Shown here: in pieces, positions 62,121 to 64,000 of the stretch | Numbering within the stretch: the stretch's first letter is position 1 | How the letters are laid out: each line of letters begins with the position of its first letter | DNA from: a virus | Reading direction: 5' to 3' (one strand) | Length of the DNA stretch: 64,000 nt | Virus record (IMG/VR): IMGVR_UViG_3300029911_000010 | Coordinates: 40,428 to 104,427 of that record | Notes under the pieces: model-generated | Database searches by the model: none | Seen by the model: only the letters and a program-made list of their open reading frames with translations | What the model was told of the DNA's origin: nothing | Position numbers and translations under genes: made by a program

Positions 62121-63890
62121 CTAAGGCTTGGGTATCGGACGGCTGACTGGCTGAGTGGCGGCCACCGACCGGGCTCCAGCCGTGACACCGTCATAATGCA
62201 GTAAATAACCTGTCTTGGGCAACGACAAATCTGTGAACTTGTCGTTGCGGACATTGAACAGGCTGTCCCACGACTGCGTAGTCATGAATCCGACTTTAGA
62301 CAGATAGTTGACCGCGTTGGGAGACGGTGATCCCCTGTGTGTTCCGGGCCAGATGTTATGCACAATCAGGGAAAAACCCTTCGTGTCCACGGCGTTGATC
62401 CATACCGCAGAGTCCCAGCCGTAGCCAATGCGCAAATTAGGAGCCAGATAGGCATTGCTGGACAACAGGATGCTGCCCGCCGGAGCCGATCCAAAGACAT
62501 TGATGAAATTACCGTCCGTGCCGGTGTTGATCCCGGTGTTATTGAAGATCATCAAATCTTCAATCGTACCGAACGGCCCGCTGGGCGTGACTGCGATCTG
62601 GCCGGTGCCGCTGATGTTAAACACATTGTCGCGAATCATGACGTGGTGGCCGACCTCGTCGATCACCAGCTGTGCGCCATCAACATAGTTGTTAGCGTAA
62701 ACCACCCAAGTCGCCTGCTGATCCGGAGTCTGTCCGGGGCTGGGCGAGATTGCGAACGTGCTGGAATGCAGCAGGTTGTTGGTGACATAAACGAAATGCC
62801 CGATCCGGGTGTCGACCGTGGTCTTCTGTGCCTCCGCCTCATCGTCGTCCGGATACTGCTTGGTCAGATCATTGCCCGACACCAGAACGCCCACGACATC
62901 GTCATCGTTGATCCGTACACAATGCGCCCGAGTGGTGTTGGTCATCTGGTTGCCGGTGATGGTCCAGCCGCTGCCGTCCACCCAGGTCAAGTAGCCCCTC
63001 ACGCCTTTAAGCAACGGAGCCTGGTTGTTCTCCACCACTACGCCTTGCGGCTGCAGGGTGCCGTTGATCGCGTCGCCGACATTAAGGAAGGTATTGCGCC
63101 GGACCACCAGGTTGGAGCCGCCCGCCCAGACCGCATAGCTGTTCAAGTCATCCGCCGGCCCGGCGGTCACTGCGTTGGGCGAATCAAACGCCAGGTCCTG
63201 TATCGTGATGTTCCAGCAGTCGGTGCCGACAAACAAAATGGCCTGTGAGCCATCGACGGGAGCAAACATCAAACTGGGAGCCGTGCCGACGCCGTAAGCG
63301 CCCAGCAGCTGATCGTGACCATTGAACCACAACGTCGTGGTCACCGGGTAAACCTGGTTACGGCAAAGAAAGATCTCGGTGTTGCTGCCGAACAACGAGA
63401 ACCCCTTGTCGACAGTTTTCAACGGATGATCAGGTGATATGCCTGAATTGGCGTCCGATCCGTTGATTCCGTCCACGTAGTAGGCGACACGGGTGTCCGC
63501 AGCGATCGTGGCCTGGGTGGTGGCCGTGGATATCGCCCCATTGTCATCAGTTAGAGTCATGGTGATCGTGTAAATGCCGGCCTGGTCGTAAACATGCCCG
63601 GCGTTGAAACCGATCAGTGAATTATGTTGGCCGGCCGGGTCGCCAAAGTCCCAGCGGTAATCTGCGGTCAGCGGCGAGCCGTGATTGAGCGTGGACTGGA
63701 TGGCGCTGACGTTAATCGCCTCGCCGGTTGTAACGCTAGTCTGCATGGCAGTCAGCACCGCCTTAGTCGGCTGAGCCAACATCCAGGCAGCCGGTCGGGT
63801 TGCCGGCCGGGTAGCAGTAGGTAAAGGTTTCGGAGCGGCCAAGACCATGACGGACATGAGCGATACGAGGATCGCAGATAGACAACGCAT
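62121..63890 (-). CDS. Secreted PKD-domain plus right-handed beta-helix protein
   Basis: Signal peptide; YRWDFGD...HVY..AG.YTIT.T.TD (PKD); YYVD...GSDANSG....PLKT then parallel beta-helix repeats; start ATG 63890. Confidence 0.8.
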   Translation of the reverse strand: MRCLSAILVSLMSVMVLAAPKPLPTATRPATRPAAWMLAQPTKAVLTAMQTSVTTGEAINVSAIQSTLNHGSPLTADYRWDFGDPAGQHNSLIGFNAGHVYDQAGIYTITMTLTDDNGAISTATTQATIAADTRVAYYVDGINGSDANSGISPDHPLKTVDKGFSLFGSNTEIFLCRNQVYPVTTTLWFNGHDQLLGAYGVGTAPSLMFAPVDGSQAILFVGTDCWNITIQDLAFDSPNAVTAGPADDLNSYAVWAGGSNLVVRRNTFLNVGDAINGTLQPQGVVVENNQAPLLKGVRGYLTWVDGSGWTITGNQMTNTTRAHCVRINDDDVVGVLVSGNDLTKQYPDDDEAEAQKTTVDTRIGHFVYVTNNLLHSSTFAISPSPGQTPDQQATWVVYANNYVDGAQLVIDEVGHHVMIRDNVFNISGTGQIAVTPSGPFGTIEDLMIFNNTGINTGTDGNFINVFGSAPAGSILLSSNAYLAPNLRIGYGWDSAVWINAVDTKGFSLIVHNIWPGTHRGSPSPNAVNYLSKVGFMTTQSWDSLFNVRNDKFTDLSLPKTGYLLHYDGVTAGARSVAATQPVSRPIPKP

Positions 63891-64000
63891 AGGAAACTCC
63901 TTGAACGTAAACGGCCTCCGGCCCGGAATGTTGGCAGTGAGGATGCCCCAGGCAGGCAGGTAAGTCAAACAAATAGATATATCCGGCTCGTTGGCGAGCC

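Overview
A 64-kb segment of a large, GC-rich tailed phage genome, almost all on the minus strand. The host may be a planctomycete (inferred, not shown). The window contains a head module (HK97-fold major capsid protein, decoration-like protein, scaffold-like protein, prohead protease) and many Gly/Ala-rich putative internal virion proteins studded with K-x-A motifs. It also encodes a phage multisubunit RNA polymerase (beta fused to the N-half of beta-prime, plus a separate beta-prime C-half) carrying three LAGLIDADG inteins, an intein-containing class II ribonucleotide reductase, and an InPase-GNAT-phosphoesterase-DNA ligase polyprotein. Accessory genes include a 2H phosphoesterase, three glycosyltransferases, a stand-alone PAS protein and an alpha-CTD-only protein. 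Most notable: (1) a single-chain tandem CsrA gene together with more than a dozen ANGGA(N)-loop hairpins at ribosome-binding sites of capsid/virion genes and of csrA itself, suggesting a phage-run translational regulon; (2) an in-frame GGC-TGA-GGT inside the conserved beta motif SGRxG-xKG, between two inteins, suggesting stop-codon hopping or readthrough; (3) fragments of the major capsid protein re-used in accessory genes, one behind a twin-arginine N-terminus; (4) a tRNA-like RNA lacking a normal anticodon arm. All functional calls come from motif recognition by eye; no database searches were run.
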